Shown here in pieces: positions 7,253 to 17,680 of a stretch of DNA of 32,000 nt. Numbering within the stretch: the first letter of the stretch is position 1; each line of letters begins with the position of its first letter. A program made the translations under genes and the position numbers. This DNA is from Cupriavidus necator (lineage in GTDB: Bacteria; Pseudomonadota; Gammaproteobacteria; Burkholderiales; Burkholderiaceae). The notes beneath the pieces were generated by a model, which worked only from the letters and a program-made list of their open reading frames with translations, was not told the origin of the DNA and did no database searches. The DNA lies in NCBI RefSeq assembly GCF_016127575.1, contig NZ_CP066018.1:2340001-2372000 (forward strand), given 5' to 3'.

Positions 7253-9157
7253 ATGCGTTCATCGCTCCATAGGTCGACCCGCCCGGCAACCCCGGCGGTG
7301 CGTCCGTCCGTGCCCGCCATCCTGGCGGCCATTGCCTCGTTCACCCTGGTTCCGGCCACTTCGTTCGCGCAGGCGGCCGACAGCGGCACCGACAGCCGCA
7401 CCACGCAGCTCGCGCCGGTGGTGGTCACCTCCACCCGTACCGCGCAAGCCATTACCGAGGCGCTGCCTCACACCACGGTGGTGACGCAGCAGGACATCGT
7501 CAATTCGCAGGCGCCCGACCTGCGCACGCTGCTGCGCAACCAGGCCGGCGTGGAGTTCTCGGCCAACGGCGGCATGGGCACCAACACCACGCTGTTCATG
7601 CGCGGCGCCAACTCCAACCAGACGCTGATCCTGATCGACGGCGTGCGGGTATCGTCCGCGAGCAGCGGCACCGCGCAATTGGCCAATATCCTGCCCGACC
7701 AGATCGAGCGCATCGAGGTGGTGCGCGGCAATGTGTCGGCGCTGTACGGCTCGGACGCCATCGGCGGCGTGGTGCAGATATTCACCAAGAGCGGCGCGGG
7801 CCAGGCGCCGGCGGCCAATGCGCAGGTGGAATACGGCAGCAACAACACGCGCCAGGGCACGGTCGGCTATGGCGGCCAGATCGGCGATACCTCGTTCAAC
7901 CTGACCGGCTCGGCGTTCAAGACCGACGGCTTCTCGTCGATCAACACGAAGCAGGCGCCGCGCGCCAATCCCAACGACAACCCGTACGAGAACCAGAGCG
8001 TGTCGGGCCAGGTCAAGCACCGCTTCGCGCCGAACTGGGACGCGGGCTTCACCGGCTATTACTCGAAGAGCAAGCTGTCGTTCGACAGTGCCTTCGGCCG
8101 CCCGACCGACGACAACCGCACCAACAGCGAGCTGTACACGCTGTCGGCCTTCGTCAACGGCAAGGTGGGGGCGGACTGGTCCACCCATTTCAAGCTGTCA
8201 CAGAGCGAGGACCGCAGCGACACCTTCCTCAATGGCAGGCCCAACGGCACTTTCAATACCCGCAACCGCCAGTTCAACTGGCAGAACGAGTATGCGCTGG
8301 CCGCCAACCACACGCTGCTGTTCGGCACCGACTACCTGCAGCAGGAGCTCGACTCCAGCGCCTACGGCGCGCCCACGCGCAATGTGTTCTCGGTGTTCGG
8401 CGGCTATGACGGGCGCATCGGCAAGCACCAGCTGCAGCTCAACGCGCGCAACGACCATTATTCCGACTTCGGCAACCAGGGCAGCTTCCGCGCCGGCTAC
8501 GGCTACTACGTGACCGATGCGCTCAAGCTGATCGCCAGCGTCAGCAATGCCTTCCGCGCGCCAACCTTCAACGAGCTGTACTTCCCCAACTTCGGCCAGC
8601 CGAACCTGCAGCCCGAACGTGCCAAGTCGGTCGAGGCCGGCGTGCAGTACGCCACCGCCAGCGCCGGCCTGCTGCGCGTGACCGCCTTCGAGACGCGCTA
8701 CGACGACCTGATCGTGTCGGCGCAGCAGCCCAGCGGCATGTTCCTGGCGCAGAACGTCAACAAGGCCAAGGTGCAGGGCATCGAGGCTTCGTGGCGCGCC
8801 ACCGTGTATGGCACCGACTTCGGCGCCAGCGTGACCTTCCAGAACCCGGTCGACGAGCAGACCAACACCCAGCTGCTGCGCCGAGCGCGCCGCCATGCCG
8901 CGCTCGACGTGGGCCGCGACTTCGGCAACTGGCGCTTCGGCGGCGAATGGCTGGTGTCGTCGTCGCGCATGGATTCCGGCTCGCGCCGGCTGGGCGGATA
9001 CGGTATCGTCAACCTGAACGCCCGCTACAACATCGACAAGCAATGGTTCATCGCCGCCCGCGTCGAAAACCTGTTCGACAAGGATTACCAGCTCGCCTAC
9101 CCCTACAACACGCAGGGGCGCGCGGGCTTCATCACGCTGGGCTGGCGCCAGCGATGA
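7253..9157 (+). CDS. btuB: TonB-dependent outer-membrane cobalamin/corrinoid receptor
   Basis: Signal peptide ...AILAAIASFTLVPATSFAQA. TonB-box-like QLAPVVVTSTR. Plug motifs: FMRGANSNQTLILIDGVRV, IERIEVVRGNVSALYGSDAIGGVVQIFTK. The C-terminus AGFITLGWRQR lacks the usual terminal Phe. It sits behind the B12 riboswitch. The start is uncertain; in-frame alternatives exist at 7181 and 7205. Confidence 0.88.
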   Translation: MRSSLHRSTRPATPAVRPSVPAILAAIASFTLVPATSFAQAADSGTDSRTTQLAPVVVTSTRTAQAITEALPHTTVVTQQDIVNSQAPDLRTLLRNQAGVEFSANGGMGTNTTLFMRGANSNQTLILIDGVRVSSASSGTAQLANILPDQIERIEVVRGNVSALYGSDAIGGVVQIFTKSGAGQAPAANAQVEYGSNNTRQGTVGYGGQIGDTSFNLTGSAFKTDGFSSINTKQAPRANPNDNPYENQSVSGQVKHRFAPNWDAGFTGYYSKSKLSFDSAFGRPTDDNRTNSELYTLSAFVNGKVGADWSTHFKLSQSEDRSDTFLNGRPNGTFNTRNRQFNWQNEYALAANHTLLFGTDYLQQELDSSAYGAPTRNVFSVFGGYDGRIGKHQLQLNARNDHYSDFGNQGSFRAGYGYYVTDALKLIASVSNAFRAPTFNELYFPNFGQPNLQPERAKSVEAGVQYATASAGLLRVTAFETRYDDLIVSAQQPSGMFLAQNVNKAKVQGIEASWRATVYGTDFGASVTFQNPVDEQTNTQLLRRARRHAALDVGRDFGNWRFGGEWLVSSSRMDSGSRRLGGYGIVNLNARYNIDKQWFIAARVENLFDKDYQLAYPYNTQGRAGFITLGWRQR

Positions 9158-9172
9158 GCGCACGGGCGCGCC

Positions 9173-10180
9173 ATGTCTGAGTTCCGGCGCGCCCTGGCGA
9201 TCTGGCTGGTGCTGGCGCTCGCGGCGCTGCTGGCGTTCGCGTTGTCGCTGGCGCTGGGCAGCGTGCCGCTCGATGCGCGCGAGCTCTGGCTTGCGCTCAG
9301 CAGTGCCGACACCGGCACCCCCGCAGCGATCGTGCGCGAACTGCGGCTGCCGCGCGCGGCAGCGGCGTTTGCCTGCGGCGGGCTGCTGGCCCTGTCCGGC
9401 GCGCTGATGCAGGTGCTGCTGCGTAACCCGCTGGCCGAGCCCTATGTGCTGGGCGTGTCGGGCGGCGCCTCCACTGCCGCGCTGCTGGCCATGCTGCTGC
9501 TGGCCCCGTGGTGGGGCGTTCAGGCCGCCGCCGCCGCCGGTGCACTGGCGGCGATGGTGCTGGTGGCGTCGCTGGCGCGGCGCGACCTGCTGCATCCGCA
9601 GGTGCAGGGCGGCCACCGCGAGGCGGGCGCCCGGCTGTTGCTGACCGGCGTGATCCTGGCCGCGGGCTGGGGCGCGGTCATTACCCTGATCCTCTCCATT
9701 GCGCCGGAGTCGCGCCTGCGCGGCATGCTGTTCTGGCTGACCGGCGACCTGGGCGGCACCGCCGCCTACGGCGGCGCGCTGGCCATGCTGGTGGTGGCGC
9801 TGCTGCTGGCCATGCCGATGGCGCGCGCGCTCAACGTGATGCTGCTGGGCGAGACCGTGGCGCAGTCGCTGGGCGTGCGCGTGGGCCGCGTGCGGCTGGC
9901 CACCTTCCTGCTGGCGTCGCTGTGCATTGCCGCTGCCATTACCACGGCCGGCTCGATCGGTTTTGTCGGGCTGGTGGTGCCGCATCTGGTGCGCCTCGCC
10001 TGGGGCAACGACCAGCGCCTGCTGCTGCCGGCCGCCACACTGCTGGGCGGCGCGCTGCTGATGGCCGCCGACCTGATCGCACGCACCGTGGTCGCGCCCG
10101 CGCAGCTGCCGGTGGGCGTGATCACCGGGCTGCTGGGCGTGCCGACCTTCCTCTACCTGCTGCTGCGGAGGCCGCGATGA
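9173..10180 (+). CDS. btuC: FecCD-family ABC permease (corrinoid import)
   Basis: 335 aa, polytopic. Family motifs: LRLPRAAAAFACGGLLALSGALMQVLLRNPLAEPYVLGVSGGAS and a C-terminal PVGVITGLLGVPTFLYLLLRR. Confidence 0.88.
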   Translation: MSEFRRALAIWLVLALAALLAFALSLALGSVPLDARELWLALSSADTGTPAAIVRELRLPRAAAAFACGGLLALSGALMQVLLRNPLAEPYVLGVSGGASTAALLAMLLLAPWWGVQAAAAAGALAAMVLVASLARRDLLHPQVQGGHREAGARLLLTGVILAAGWGAVITLILSIAPESRLRGMLFWLTGDLGGTAAYGGALAMLVVALLLAMPMARALNVMLLGETVAQSLGVRVGRVRLATFLLASLCIAAAITTAGSIGFVGLVVPHLVRLAWGNDQRLLLPAATLLGGALLMAADLIARTVVAPAQLPVGVITGLLGVPTFLYLLLRRPR

Positions 10181-11016
10181 GCCTGGCCCCGCACTGGTCC
10201 CATCCGCTCACTGCCTGTCCGCAGATCGTGCTGCGCGATGTGAAGCTGCGCACCGGCCAGCGCGTGCTGGTGGAGCGCCTGACGATGACCATCGGCGCGG
10301 GGCAGCTATGGTGCATTGCCGGGCCCAACGGTGCTGGCAAGTCCACGCTGATGACGGTGCTGGCCGGGCTGCGCCACGCCGACGGCGGCAGCGCGGAGAT
10401 CGACGGCGCCGCGGCGGCGCAGATCGCGCCGGCGGTGCTGGCGCGCCAGCGCGCCTACCTGCCGCAGGCCGTGCATGACACCTTCTCGATGTCGGTGCAG
10501 GATGCCGTGCGCGTGGGGCGGCATCCGCACCTGTCCGGCTGGGGCTGGACCGGGCGCGAGGATGACCGCATCGTGCAGGAAGTGATCCGAGCGATGGATA
10601 TTGAAGCGCTGGCCGCGCGCGATGTGCTGACCCTGTCCGGCGGCGAGCGCCAGCGCGCCTCGCTGGCCGCGGCGCTGGCACAGCAGGCGCCGCTGCTGCT
10701 GCTGGACGAACCGGTCTCGCACCTGGACCTGCGCCACCAGATCCTGGTGCTGGAACAGCTGGCCGCGCTGGCCCGGGCCGGGCGCCATGCCATCGTGGTG
10801 ATCCTGCACGACCTGACGCTGGCGCTGCGCTACGCCACCCACGCCCTGCTGATGGCCGAAGACGGCACTACGCTGCATGGCACTGCCGCCCGGGTGCTGA
10901 CCCCTGAACACTGCTCGCGCGCGCTGCGCACCGCCATCGTCAGCGTCACCGACGGCGCGCATACTGCGCTGATTCCCGACGGGCGCCGCCCCACCCATAC
11001 CCCACACACGTCATGA
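10177..11016 (+). CDS. btuD: ABC transporter ATP-binding protein (corrinoid import)
   Basis: ATGA overlap with the btuC stop (10177-10180). Walker A GPNGAGKST, signature LSGGERQR, Walker B LLLLDEP, and an H-loop region ILHDL. Confidence 0.88.
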   Translation: MSLAPHWSHPLTACPQIVLRDVKLRTGQRVLVERLTMTIGAGQLWCIAGPNGAGKSTLMTVLAGLRHADGGSAEIDGAAAAQIAPAVLARQRAYLPQAVHDTFSMSVQDAVRVGRHPHLSGWGWTGREDDRIVQEVIRAMDIEALAARDVLTLSGGERQRASLAAALAQQAPLLLLDEPVSHLDLRHQILVLEQLAALARAGRHAIVVILHDLTLALRYATHALLMAEDGTTLHGTAARVLTPEHCSRALRTAIVSVTDGAHTALIPDGRRPTHTPHTS

Positions 11017-11645
11017 CTGATACCCAGAACCCGCCTGCAGAAGACCCGGACCGCGATGCCCGCCACAAGGCGCGCATGGAGCGCAAGAAAGAAATCGTCG
11101 ACGCCAGGATTGCCGCCGCGCAGGATGAGCGCGGCGTGATTGTCATCACCACCGGCAACGGCAAAGGCAAGTCCAGCTCGGGCTTTGGCATGGTGGTGCG
11201 CGCGCTTGGCCACGGCATGCGCACCGGCGTGGTCCAGTTCATCAAGGGCGCGCAGCCCACCGGCGAAGAGATGTTCCTGCGCCGCTTCCCGGACGAGTGC
11301 GCCTTCCACGTGATGGGCGAGGGCTATACCTGGGAAACGCAGGACCGCGCCCGCGACGTGGCCAAGGCCGAGGCTGCCTGGGAAGTGGCGCGCGGCATGC
11401 TGCGCGACCCCGGCATCGGCCTGGTGCTGTTCGATGAGCTGAACATCGCGCTCAAGCTGCACTATCTTGATGTGGAGCAGGTCATTGCCGACCTGCGCGC
11501 GCGCCCGCCGATGCAGCACGTGGTCATCACCGGCCGTGGCGCGCCGCCGGCGCTGGTGGAGACGGCCGACACCGTCACCGACATGACGCCGGTCAAGCAT
11601 GCCTTCCAGCAGGGCATCAAGGCGCAGCGCGGCGTCGAGATGTAG
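11013..11645 (+). CDS. cobO: Cob(I)yrinic acid a,c-diamide / cob(I)alamin adenosyltransferase
   Basis: ATGA overlap with the btuD stop. GVIVITTGNGKGKSSSGFGMVVRALGHGMRTGVVQFIKG...LVLFDELN...VVITGRGAP is the CobO/BtuR (CobA) family pattern. Confidence 0.9.
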   Translation: MTDTQNPPAEDPDRDARHKARMERKKEIVDARIAAAQDERGVIVITTGNGKGKSSSGFGMVVRALGHGMRTGVVQFIKGAQPTGEEMFLRRFPDECAFHVMGEGYTWETQDRARDVAKAEAAWEVARGMLRDPGIGLVLFDELNIALKLHYLDVEQVIADLRARPPMQHVVITGRGAPPALVETADTVTDMTPVKHAFQQGIKAQRGVEM

Positions 11646-11678
11646 CCGCATCGTTTTTGAATACAAGGTCAACGCATC

Positions 11679-12719
11679 ATGCAGTTTCCGGAAATCACTC
11701 CCCTCGACGATGCCCTGCGCCCCGAGCTGCAGGCCGCCATCGACGACAAGACCAAGCCGCTCGGCGCACTGGGCCGGCTGGAATCGCTGGCCTTGCAGCT
11801 GGGCCTGATCCTCGGCACGGCGCGGCCGGTGTTGCAGCGCCCGACGGTGATCGTGTTTGCCGCCGACCACGGCGTGGCCGACGCCGGTGTCAGCGCCTAT
11901 CCGGCCGAGGTCACCGCGCAGATGGTGCAGAACTTCCTGGCCGGCGGCGCGGCGATCAATGTGTTCTCGCGCCAGCACGGCATTGCGCTGGAGATCGTCG
12001 ACGCGGGCGTGCGCGCGCCGCTGCCGGCGGCACCGGGCCTGGTCAACTGCCGCATTGCCGACGGCACCCGCAACTTCGCCGTCGAACCCGCGATGACGCC
12101 GGAGCAGGCCGCCGCGGCGATGACCGCGGGCATGGCGCGCGTGCTGCGCCATGCGCAGCAGGGCTGCAACGTGATCGGCTTCGGCGAGATGGGCATTGCC
12201 AACACTTCAGCGGCCGCGTGCCTGATGCAGCGGCTGACCGGCCTGCCGCTGGCAGACTGCATCGGGCGCGGCACCGGGCTGGACGATGCCGGCCTCGCGC
12301 GCAAGCGCGAGGTGCTGGAGCGCGCGCTGGCGCTGCATGCCGATGCGCAGGCGCCGCTGGACGTGCTGGCCACCTTCGGCGGCTTCGAGATCGCGATGAT
12401 GGCAGGCGCCTTCCTGGCCGCCGCCGCGAGCCGCATGGTGATCCTGGTCGATGGCTTTATCGCCACGGCTGCGCTGCTGGTGGCGCAGCGCCTGGACCCC
12501 AATGTGCTGCAGTACTGCGTGTTCACGCACTGCTCGCATGAGCGCGGCCACCGTGCGCTGCTGGACCAGTTTGGCGCCGCGCCACTGCTGGCGCTGGACC
12601 TGCGCCTGGGCGAGGGCACGGGCGCCGCGCTGGCGTGGCCGTTGCTGGCCTCGGCGGCGGCATTCCTGAACGAAATGGCGACCTTCAGCGGCGCCGGCGT
12701 CAGCACCGCCTCGCCATGA
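11679..12719 (+). CDS. cobT: Nicotinate-nucleotide--dimethylbenzimidazole phosphoribosyltransferase
   Basis: 346 aa. [21 protein letters not shown]...VFAADHGV...[22 protein letters not shown]...[12 protein letters not shown]...[16 protein letters not shown] are typical CobT motifs. Confidence 0.9.
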   Translation: MQFPEITPLDDALRPELQAAIDDKTKPLGALGRLESLALQLGLILGTARPVLQRPTVIVFAADHGVADAGVSAYPAEVTAQMVQNFLAGGAAINVFSRQHGIALEIVDAGVRAPLPAAPGLVNCRIADGTRNFAVEPAMTPEQAAAAMTAGMARVLRHAQQGCNVIGFGEMGIANTSAAACLMQRLTGLPLADCIGRGTGLDDAGLARKREVLERALALHADAQAPLDVLATFGGFEIAMMAGAFLAAAASRMVILVDGFIATAALLVAQRLDPNVLQYCVFTHCSHERGHRALLDQFGAAPLLALDLRLGEGTGAALAWPLLASAAAFLNEMATFSGAGVSTASP

Positions 12720-13540
12720 GCGTGCCGTCCGACCCGGTGCCTGCACAAGCTGGCCCCGCCGGCGTGGCCGGCGAGCTGCGCTATTTCCTGACGGCGCTGG
12801 GCTACTTCACGCGCGTGCCGCTGCCGGGCTGGCTGGCGCGCTGGGCCGGATTCGAACCGCATTACCTGCACGCCGCCGCGCGCTACTTCCCGCTGGTCGG
12901 GCTGCTGGTGGGCGGCGTGGGCGCGCTGGTCACCTGGGGCGCGATGCTGTGGTGGCCGTCCGGCGTGGCCGTGCTGCTGGGCATGGCCGCCACGCTGCTG
13001 CTGACCGGGGCCTTCCATGAAGACGGCCTGGCCGATTGCGTCGATGCCTTCGGCGGCGCGTGGCAGCGCGAGGACGTGCTGCGCATCATGCATGACTCGC
13101 GCATCGGCGCGTTCGGTGCGATCGCGCTGGTGGTGGCGTTGCTGCTCAAGTGGCAGTTGCTGGTGGCGATTGCCGGGCGCGGCGGGTTGATGGTGCTGCT
13201 GGCGGTGATCGTCGCCGCGCATGCCGCCAGCCGCGCGATGGCGGTCAGCTATCTGGCCACGCTGACCTACGTGCGCGCGCAAGGCAAGGCCAAGCCGGTG
13301 GCGCAGAAGCTGGCCGGCGCGGGGCTGGCGTTCGCGCTGCTGTGCGGGCTGGTGCCGCTGTGGCTGGTGTCGCCGTGGTTCTGCGCGGCGGCAGTGGTCG
13401 CGCTGCTGGGGCTGCGCCTGCTGCTCGGCCGCTACTTCGTGCGCCGCATCGGCGGCTATACCGGCGACTGCCTGGGCATGGCCCAGCAGTGCGCCGAGAT
13501 CCTGCTCTACCTGGTGGCCGCGGCATGGATGTGGTCCTGA
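12716..13540 (+). CDS. cobS: Adenosylcobinamide-GDP ribazoletransferase (cobalamin synthase)
   Basis: ATGA overlap with the cobT stop (12716-12719). Polytopic. [14 protein letters not shown]...[10 protein letters not shown]...[18 protein letters not shown]...[13 protein letters not shown] are typical CobS motifs. Confidence 0.88.
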   Translation: MSVPSDPVPAQAGPAGVAGELRYFLTALGYFTRVPLPGWLARWAGFEPHYLHAAARYFPLVGLLVGGVGALVTWGAMLWWPSGVAVLLGMAATLLLTGAFHEDGLADCVDAFGGAWQREDVLRIMHDSRIGAFGAIALVVALLLKWQLLVAIAGRGGLMVLLAVIVAAHAASRAMAVSYLATLTYVRAQGKAKPVAQKLAGAGLAFALLCGLVPLWLVSPWFCAAAVVALLGLRLLLGRYFVRRIGGYTGDCLGMAQQCAEILLYLVAAAWMWS

Positions 13541-14106
13541 TCCGCCATGCGCAGCCGCAGGTGCCGGCGGGCACCTGCTATGGCTGCCTCGACCTGCCGC
13601 TGGTGGCGCCGCTGGCGCCCGCAGCGGCGCGGATCGCCGCGGGCCTGCCCACGCCTGATCGCATTGTCGCCAGCCCGCTGGCGCGCGCGCTTGGCACCGC
13701 GCAGGCGCTGGTGCAGGCGCTGCCGGGCGGCGCGCCGGCCATCGATACCGAACCCCGGCTGCGCGAGATCGATTTCGGCAGCTGGGAGGGCGTGGCCTGG
13801 GATGCCATCGACCGCGCCGCGCTCGACCAGTGGGCGGCCGACCTGCTGCACGCGCGCCCGCATGGCGGCGAAGCGCCGGCGCAGGCGATGGCGCGGGTTG
13901 CCGGCTGGGCGGGAACGCTTGCCACGGATGGCGCTGAATGTCTCTGGGTGGTCGGCCATGCCGGCCCGATGCGCATGCTGGCCGCGCACTGGCTGGGCGT
14001 GCCGCTGGCGACGACGGTCAACTGGGCGTTGGGCTTCGGGGCCAGTTGTGGCTTCACGCTGGGGCCGGGAGAGGTCCGGCTCGGCTGGTGGAACCGCGCC
14101 GCCTGA
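13525..14106 (+). CDS. cobC: Alpha-ribazole-5'-phosphate phosphatase (histidine phosphatase family)
   Basis: It starts at [11 protein letters not shown] (the RHG/RHA phosphohistidine motif), has a later VVGHAGPMR motif, overlaps cobS by 16 nt, and sits in a cob operon. Confidence 0.8.
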   Translation: MDVVLIRHAQPQVPAGTCYGCLDLPLVAPLAPAAARIAAGLPTPDRIVASPLARALGTAQALVQALPGGAPAIDTEPRLREIDFGSWEGVAWDAIDRAALDQWAADLLHARPHGGEAPAQAMARVAGWAGTLATDGAECLWVVGHAGPMRMLAAHWLGVPLATTVNWALGFGASCGFTLGPGEVRLGWWNRAA

Positions 14107-15012
14107 TCAGCGTGCGGGCCGGCGCTTGCGCGCCGTTTCGAGGTCCTTGCAGATCAGCTCGGCGCCTTGCGCCACGCGCGGACCGGCGCGGTTGACCAGG
14201 TCGCCGTCGATCACGAACAGGTTGTTGCGCGCCACCGCCGTGACCTGCTTCCAGCGCCGCCACATCTCGAAATCCGGCAGCGGCTGATCCGAGCGCGTGG
14301 CGCCCATGCCCGCCGTCAGCATCGCCTCCGGGTTGCCCGCGATCACCGCTTCGACCGACACCGTCGGCACCAGCGGCGTCTCGGCCGCGAACAGGTTGCG
14401 CCCGCCGCACAGCGCCAGCATGTCGCTGACCAGGTGCTGGCCGTTGAGCGTCATCAGCGGCTGCTGCCAGACCTGGTAGAACACCGTCACCGGCGGGCGG
14501 GCCGCGTAAGTCTTGCGTAGCGTCTCCACCTGCTGGCGGAAGCCGTCGGCAGCGCGCCGCGCGGTGGCTTCGGTGCCCAGCAGCGTGCCGAGCTTCTCCA
14601 TGTTCTCCGGGATCGCGGCCAGCCTGCGCGGCTCGCTGTAGAACAACGGGATGCCGAGCGCGCGCAGACGGTCGGTCTGCCTCTGCGCATTGCCGTGGCG
14701 CCAGACCACGATCAGGTCCGGCTTGAGCGCGGCGATGCGCTCCAGGTCCAGCGCCTTGTTGTCGCCCACGCGCGCGATCTCGCGCGCCTGCGGCGGGTAG
14801 TCGCTGTAGCTGACCGTGCCGACGATGCGGTCGCCGCCGCCGGCCGCGAAGATCATCTCGGTGACGTGCGGCGCCAGCGAGATCACGCGGCGCGCGGGCT
14901 GCGGCAGTGTCACCGTCTGGCCAGCGTCGTCGACGGCAGACACCGTGGCGGCGGCAGGCAGGGCTGCCAGCAGCAGCGTGGAAGCGATAACGGGCGTCAG
15001 GCGGTTCAGCAT
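14107..15012 (-). CDS. btuF: Periplasmic cobalamin-binding protein of the ABC importer
   Basis: 301 aa with signal peptide MLNRLTPVIASTLLLAALPAAA. RVISLAPHVTEMIFAAGGGDRIVG...YPPQA...KPDLIVVW...LFVIDGDLVNRAGPR is the BtuF/cluster-A SBP pattern. Confidence 0.85.
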   Translation of the reverse strand: MLNRLTPVIASTLLLAALPAAATVSAVDDAGQTVTLPQPARRVISLAPHVTEMIFAAGGGDRIVGTVSYSDYPPQAREIARVGDNKALDLERIAALKPDLIVVWRHGNAQRQTDRLRALGIPLFYSEPRRLAAIPENMEKLGTLLGTEATARRAADGFRQQVETLRKTYAARPPVTVFYQVWQQPLMTLNGQHLVSDMLALCGGRNLFAAETPLVPTVSVEAVIAGNPEAMLTAGMGATRSDQPLPDFEMWRRWKQVTAVARNNLFVIDGDLVNRAGPRVAQGAELICKDLETARKRRPAR

Positions 15013-15030
15013 GGAATCGGGGAAAGTGGT

Positions 15031-16050
15031 TCAGGCAGTGACCGCGGCCAGTGCCGCGTCCAGCCGCTGCCAGGCGTGCGGCTGGTCCGGCGGCAGGCCC
15101 AGGCGCAGGCTCGGCGGGCAGCCGCCGGCGGCGTCGAAGCAGCGGGTCCAGACGCCATGTTGCGCGAGCCCGTGCTGCAGCCGTGCGGCGTCGCCATGCG
15201 GCACCCAGCAGAACAGCGGATGCATCACCGGCGCCAGGCCATGGCGGTCCAGCAGCGCGGCCAGCTTCGCCCCGCATGCTTGCAGCCGCGCGCGGGTGGC
15301 ATCCTGCCAGCCGTGGTCGGCCAGCGCATGCCGCGCGACCTCGCGTGCCGGGCCCGATACGGTCCAATGGCCCAGGCGCTCGCGCAGCGCGTCCAGCAGT
15401 ACCGGCTGCGCCAGCACGAAGCCGCAGCGGATGCCGGCCAGGCCATAGAACTTGCCGATCGAGCGCAGCACCACCAGGCCGGCCTTGCCGCTGTGCGCGG
15501 CCACCGAGCCATCGGGCAGGCAGTCGATAAAGGCTTCATCGACCAGCAGCGTGCCGCCGCGCGCCGCCAGCTTCGCGTGCCAGCGCAGCAGCGTTGCGGC
15601 GGGCAGCATGCGGCCGGTCGGGTTGTTCGGGTTGACGACGACGAGATGGTCGAGCTCGTCGGCCAGCGCCGCCTGCGCGAAAGCCGCTTCATCCAGCGGC
15701 GCCACCGCATGGCCCGCGGCAGCGAAGGCCGGCGCGTATTCGCTGTAGCCGAGCGCGGCGATGCCCACGCGGCCCGGGCGCAGCAGACCCGGCAGCGTGC
15801 GGATGGCGGCCTGCGAGCCGGCGACGGGCAAGGCCCGCGGCGCGCCGCAGGCCTGCGCGGCCAGCTCGGCCAGTCCGTCGTCATCCTGCGGCAGCCGTTG
15901 CCACGCTTGCGCAGGCAGCGCCGGCACCGGATAGCCGTCGGGATTGATGCCGGTGGACAGGTCGAGCCAGTCGCCGGCGGGGCGGCCGTAGCGGCGCACC
16001 GCGGCAAGCAGGTCGCCGCCGTGGCGGATCCGGGGCAGGGCGCTGCTCAT
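15031..16050 (-). CDS. cobD: L-threonine-O-3-phosphate decarboxylase (class I/II aminotransferase fold)
   Basis: It starts at MSSALPRIRHGGDL (CAT verified at 16048-16050). DLSTGINP...VVNPNNPTG...LLVDEAFID...SIGKFYGLAGIRCGF contains the PLP-Lys motif typical of CobD (P. denitrificans CobC). ATGA overlap with the cbiB stop. Confidence 0.85.
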   Translation of the reverse strand: MSSALPRIRHGGDLLAAVRRYGRPAGDWLDLSTGINPDGYPVPALPAQAWQRLPQDDDGLAELAAQACGAPRALPVAGSQAAIRTLPGLLRPGRVGIAALGYSEYAPAFAAAGHAVAPLDEAAFAQAALADELDHLVVVNPNNPTGRMLPAATLLRWHAKLAARGGTLLVDEAFIDCLPDGSVAAHSGKAGLVVLRSIGKFYGLAGIRCGFVLAQPVLLDALRERLGHWTVSGPAREVARHALADHGWQDATRARLQACGAKLAALLDRHGLAPVMHPLFCWVPHGDAARLQHGLAQHGVWTRCFDAAGGCPPSLRLGLPPDQPHAWQRLDAALAAVTA

Positions 16051-17021
16051 GCCGGCGTGGCAAGCGCAAGGACGGCCAGCGCGCTGGCGCCTGCCAGCGC
16101 CAGCCACAGCCACAAGGTGCGCTCGACCAGCCGCAGGCAGGCCGTCACGTGCGCGGCTTGCGGCGCGGGGCCGGCGCCCAGCGGCGGGCGTTGCTCGATC
16201 TCGCCGTGATAGCGCGCCGGGCCGCCGAGTCGCACGCCCACCGCACCGGCGCCCGCGGCCATCACGGGGCCGGCATTGGGACTTGACCATGCCGGCGCCT
16301 GCGTGCGCCAGCAATGCAACGCCTGCGCGGTGGCGCCGAGCAGCGCATAGGACAGCGCGGTCAGGCGCGCGGGCACGAGGTTGAGCCCGTCGTCGATGCG
16401 CGCCGCGGCCCAGCCGAAATACAGCAGCCGCGGCGTACGGTAGCCCCACATCGCATCGAGCGTATTGGCCAGCCGGAACACGATCACGGCGGGCGCGCCG
16501 CCGACCAGGAACCAGAACAGCGCGCCGAAGACCGCGTCGTTGCCGTTTTCCAGCGCCGACTCGCAGGCGGCACGGGCCAGTGCTTCAGCATCGGCATCGG
16601 TGGTGTCGCGCGAGACGATGCGCGCGGTCAGCGTGCGCGCGGCGGGCAGGTCCGCCGCGGCAAGGGCGGCGGCGATCGGGGCGATATGCTGGTGCAGGCT
16701 GCGCGCGCCGAGTGCGGCGTACAGTGCCACCGCATGCAGCGCCAGGGCGGCAACAGGATGCAGGCCGGCCGCAGCGTCGACCAGCCACCATGCGAGCGTT
16801 GCCGGCACCAGCACCAGCACACACCAGCCGGCGAGACCGGCAAGGCGCTGGCGCCAGGGCGCACCGCGGTGCGGCGCAGGGTTGAGCCGCCGCTCAAACG
16901 CGGCAGCGATGCGGCCGAAGCCCACCAGCGGATGCCAGCGGCGCGGCTCGCCCAGCCAGAGGTCCAGCAGAACGCCCGTCAGTGCCGCTGCCACGCATGC
17001 CGGCCAGGCCAGCATCAGCAT
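16047..17021 (-). CDS. cbiB: Adenosylcobinamide-phosphate synthase
   Basis: 324 aa membrane protein. LDLWLGEPRRWHPLVGFGR...SRDT...ESALENGNDAVFGALFWF...NTLDAMWGYR...NAGPVMAAGAGAVGVRLGGP are CbiB/CobD-family motifs. An alternative ATG lies at 17015. Confidence 0.9.
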   Translation of the reverse strand: MLMLAWPACVAAALTGVLLDLWLGEPRRWHPLVGFGRIAAAFERRLNPAPHRGAPWRQRLAGLAGWCVLVLVPATLAWWLVDAAAGLHPVAALALHAVALYAALGARSLHQHIAPIAAALAAADLPAARTLTARIVSRDTTDADAEALARAACESALENGNDAVFGALFWFLVGGAPAVIVFRLANTLDAMWGYRTPRLLYFGWAAARIDDGLNLVPARLTALSYALLGATAQALHCWRTQAPAWSSPNAGPVMAAGAGAVGVRLGGPARYHGEIEQRPPLGAGPAPQAAHVTACLRLVERTLWLWLALAGASALAVLALATPA

Positions 17022-17680
17022 GTGGGATCGGCGCCCTTCACCGCAACCGGAATGCCTGCCACCATCAGCCGCACGCAGTCGGCGGCGGCGGCCAGCTTCT
17101 GGTTCAGGCGGCCCAGTTCATCGACATAGAAGCGGGTGATGGCGCCCATCGGGATCACGCCGAAGCCGATCTCGTTCGAGACCAGGATCACATGGCCCGG
17201 CAGCGTCGGCAGCGCGGTGAGCAGCGCTTCGATTTCCTCGGTGAAGGCATCCGGCGGCGTGATCACGCCATGTTCGGGATACGCGCGGCCGTCGGGGAAG
17301 ATCAGGTTGTTCATCCACAGCGTCATGCAATCCACCAGGATGCAGCCGTCGTGGCGCGCGTTGGCGTAGAGCGCATCGGCCAGGTGCACCGGCTCTTCCA
17401 CCAGGCGCCAGTCGGCGGGGCGGCGGGCGCGGTGCAGGGCGATGCGGACCTCGAGCTCCTGGTCGGCGTGCGCCAGGTCCTGGTGCGCGGTGGCGATGTA
17501 GGTGACCGGGCCGCCGGTGATGGTGGCATGGTCGGTGGCGAGCTGTTCGGCGTAATGGCTCTTGCCGGAACGCGCGCCGCCCAGCACCAGGGTGAGCTGG
17601 CGGTTACCGTGTCCGCCGGCGGCACGCGGCTGGGTGGCGGTGTCGGGGGCGGAGGCGGGTGCGATGGCCGGGGTTTCCAT
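17015..17680 (-). CDS. cobU: Bifunctional adenosylcobinamide kinase / adenosylcobinamide-phosphate guanylyltransferase
   Basis: P-loop [15 protein letters not shown], then YIATA...[10 protein letters not shown]...E and [11 protein letters not shown]...[15 protein letters not shown]. The only in-frame ATG is at 17680, which gives an N-terminal Ala/Pro-rich extension of about 28 aa. Confidence 0.88.
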   Translation of the reverse strand: METPAIAPASAPDTATQPRAAGGHGNRQLTLVLGGARSGKSHYAEQLATDHATITGGPVTYIATAHQDLAHADQELEVRIALHRARRPADWRLVEEPVHLADALYANARHDGCILVDCMTLWMNNLIFPDGRAYPEHGVITPPDAFTEEIEALLTALPTLPGHVILVSNEIGFGVIPMGAITRFYVDELGRLNQKLAAAADCVRLMVAGIPVAVKGADPTC

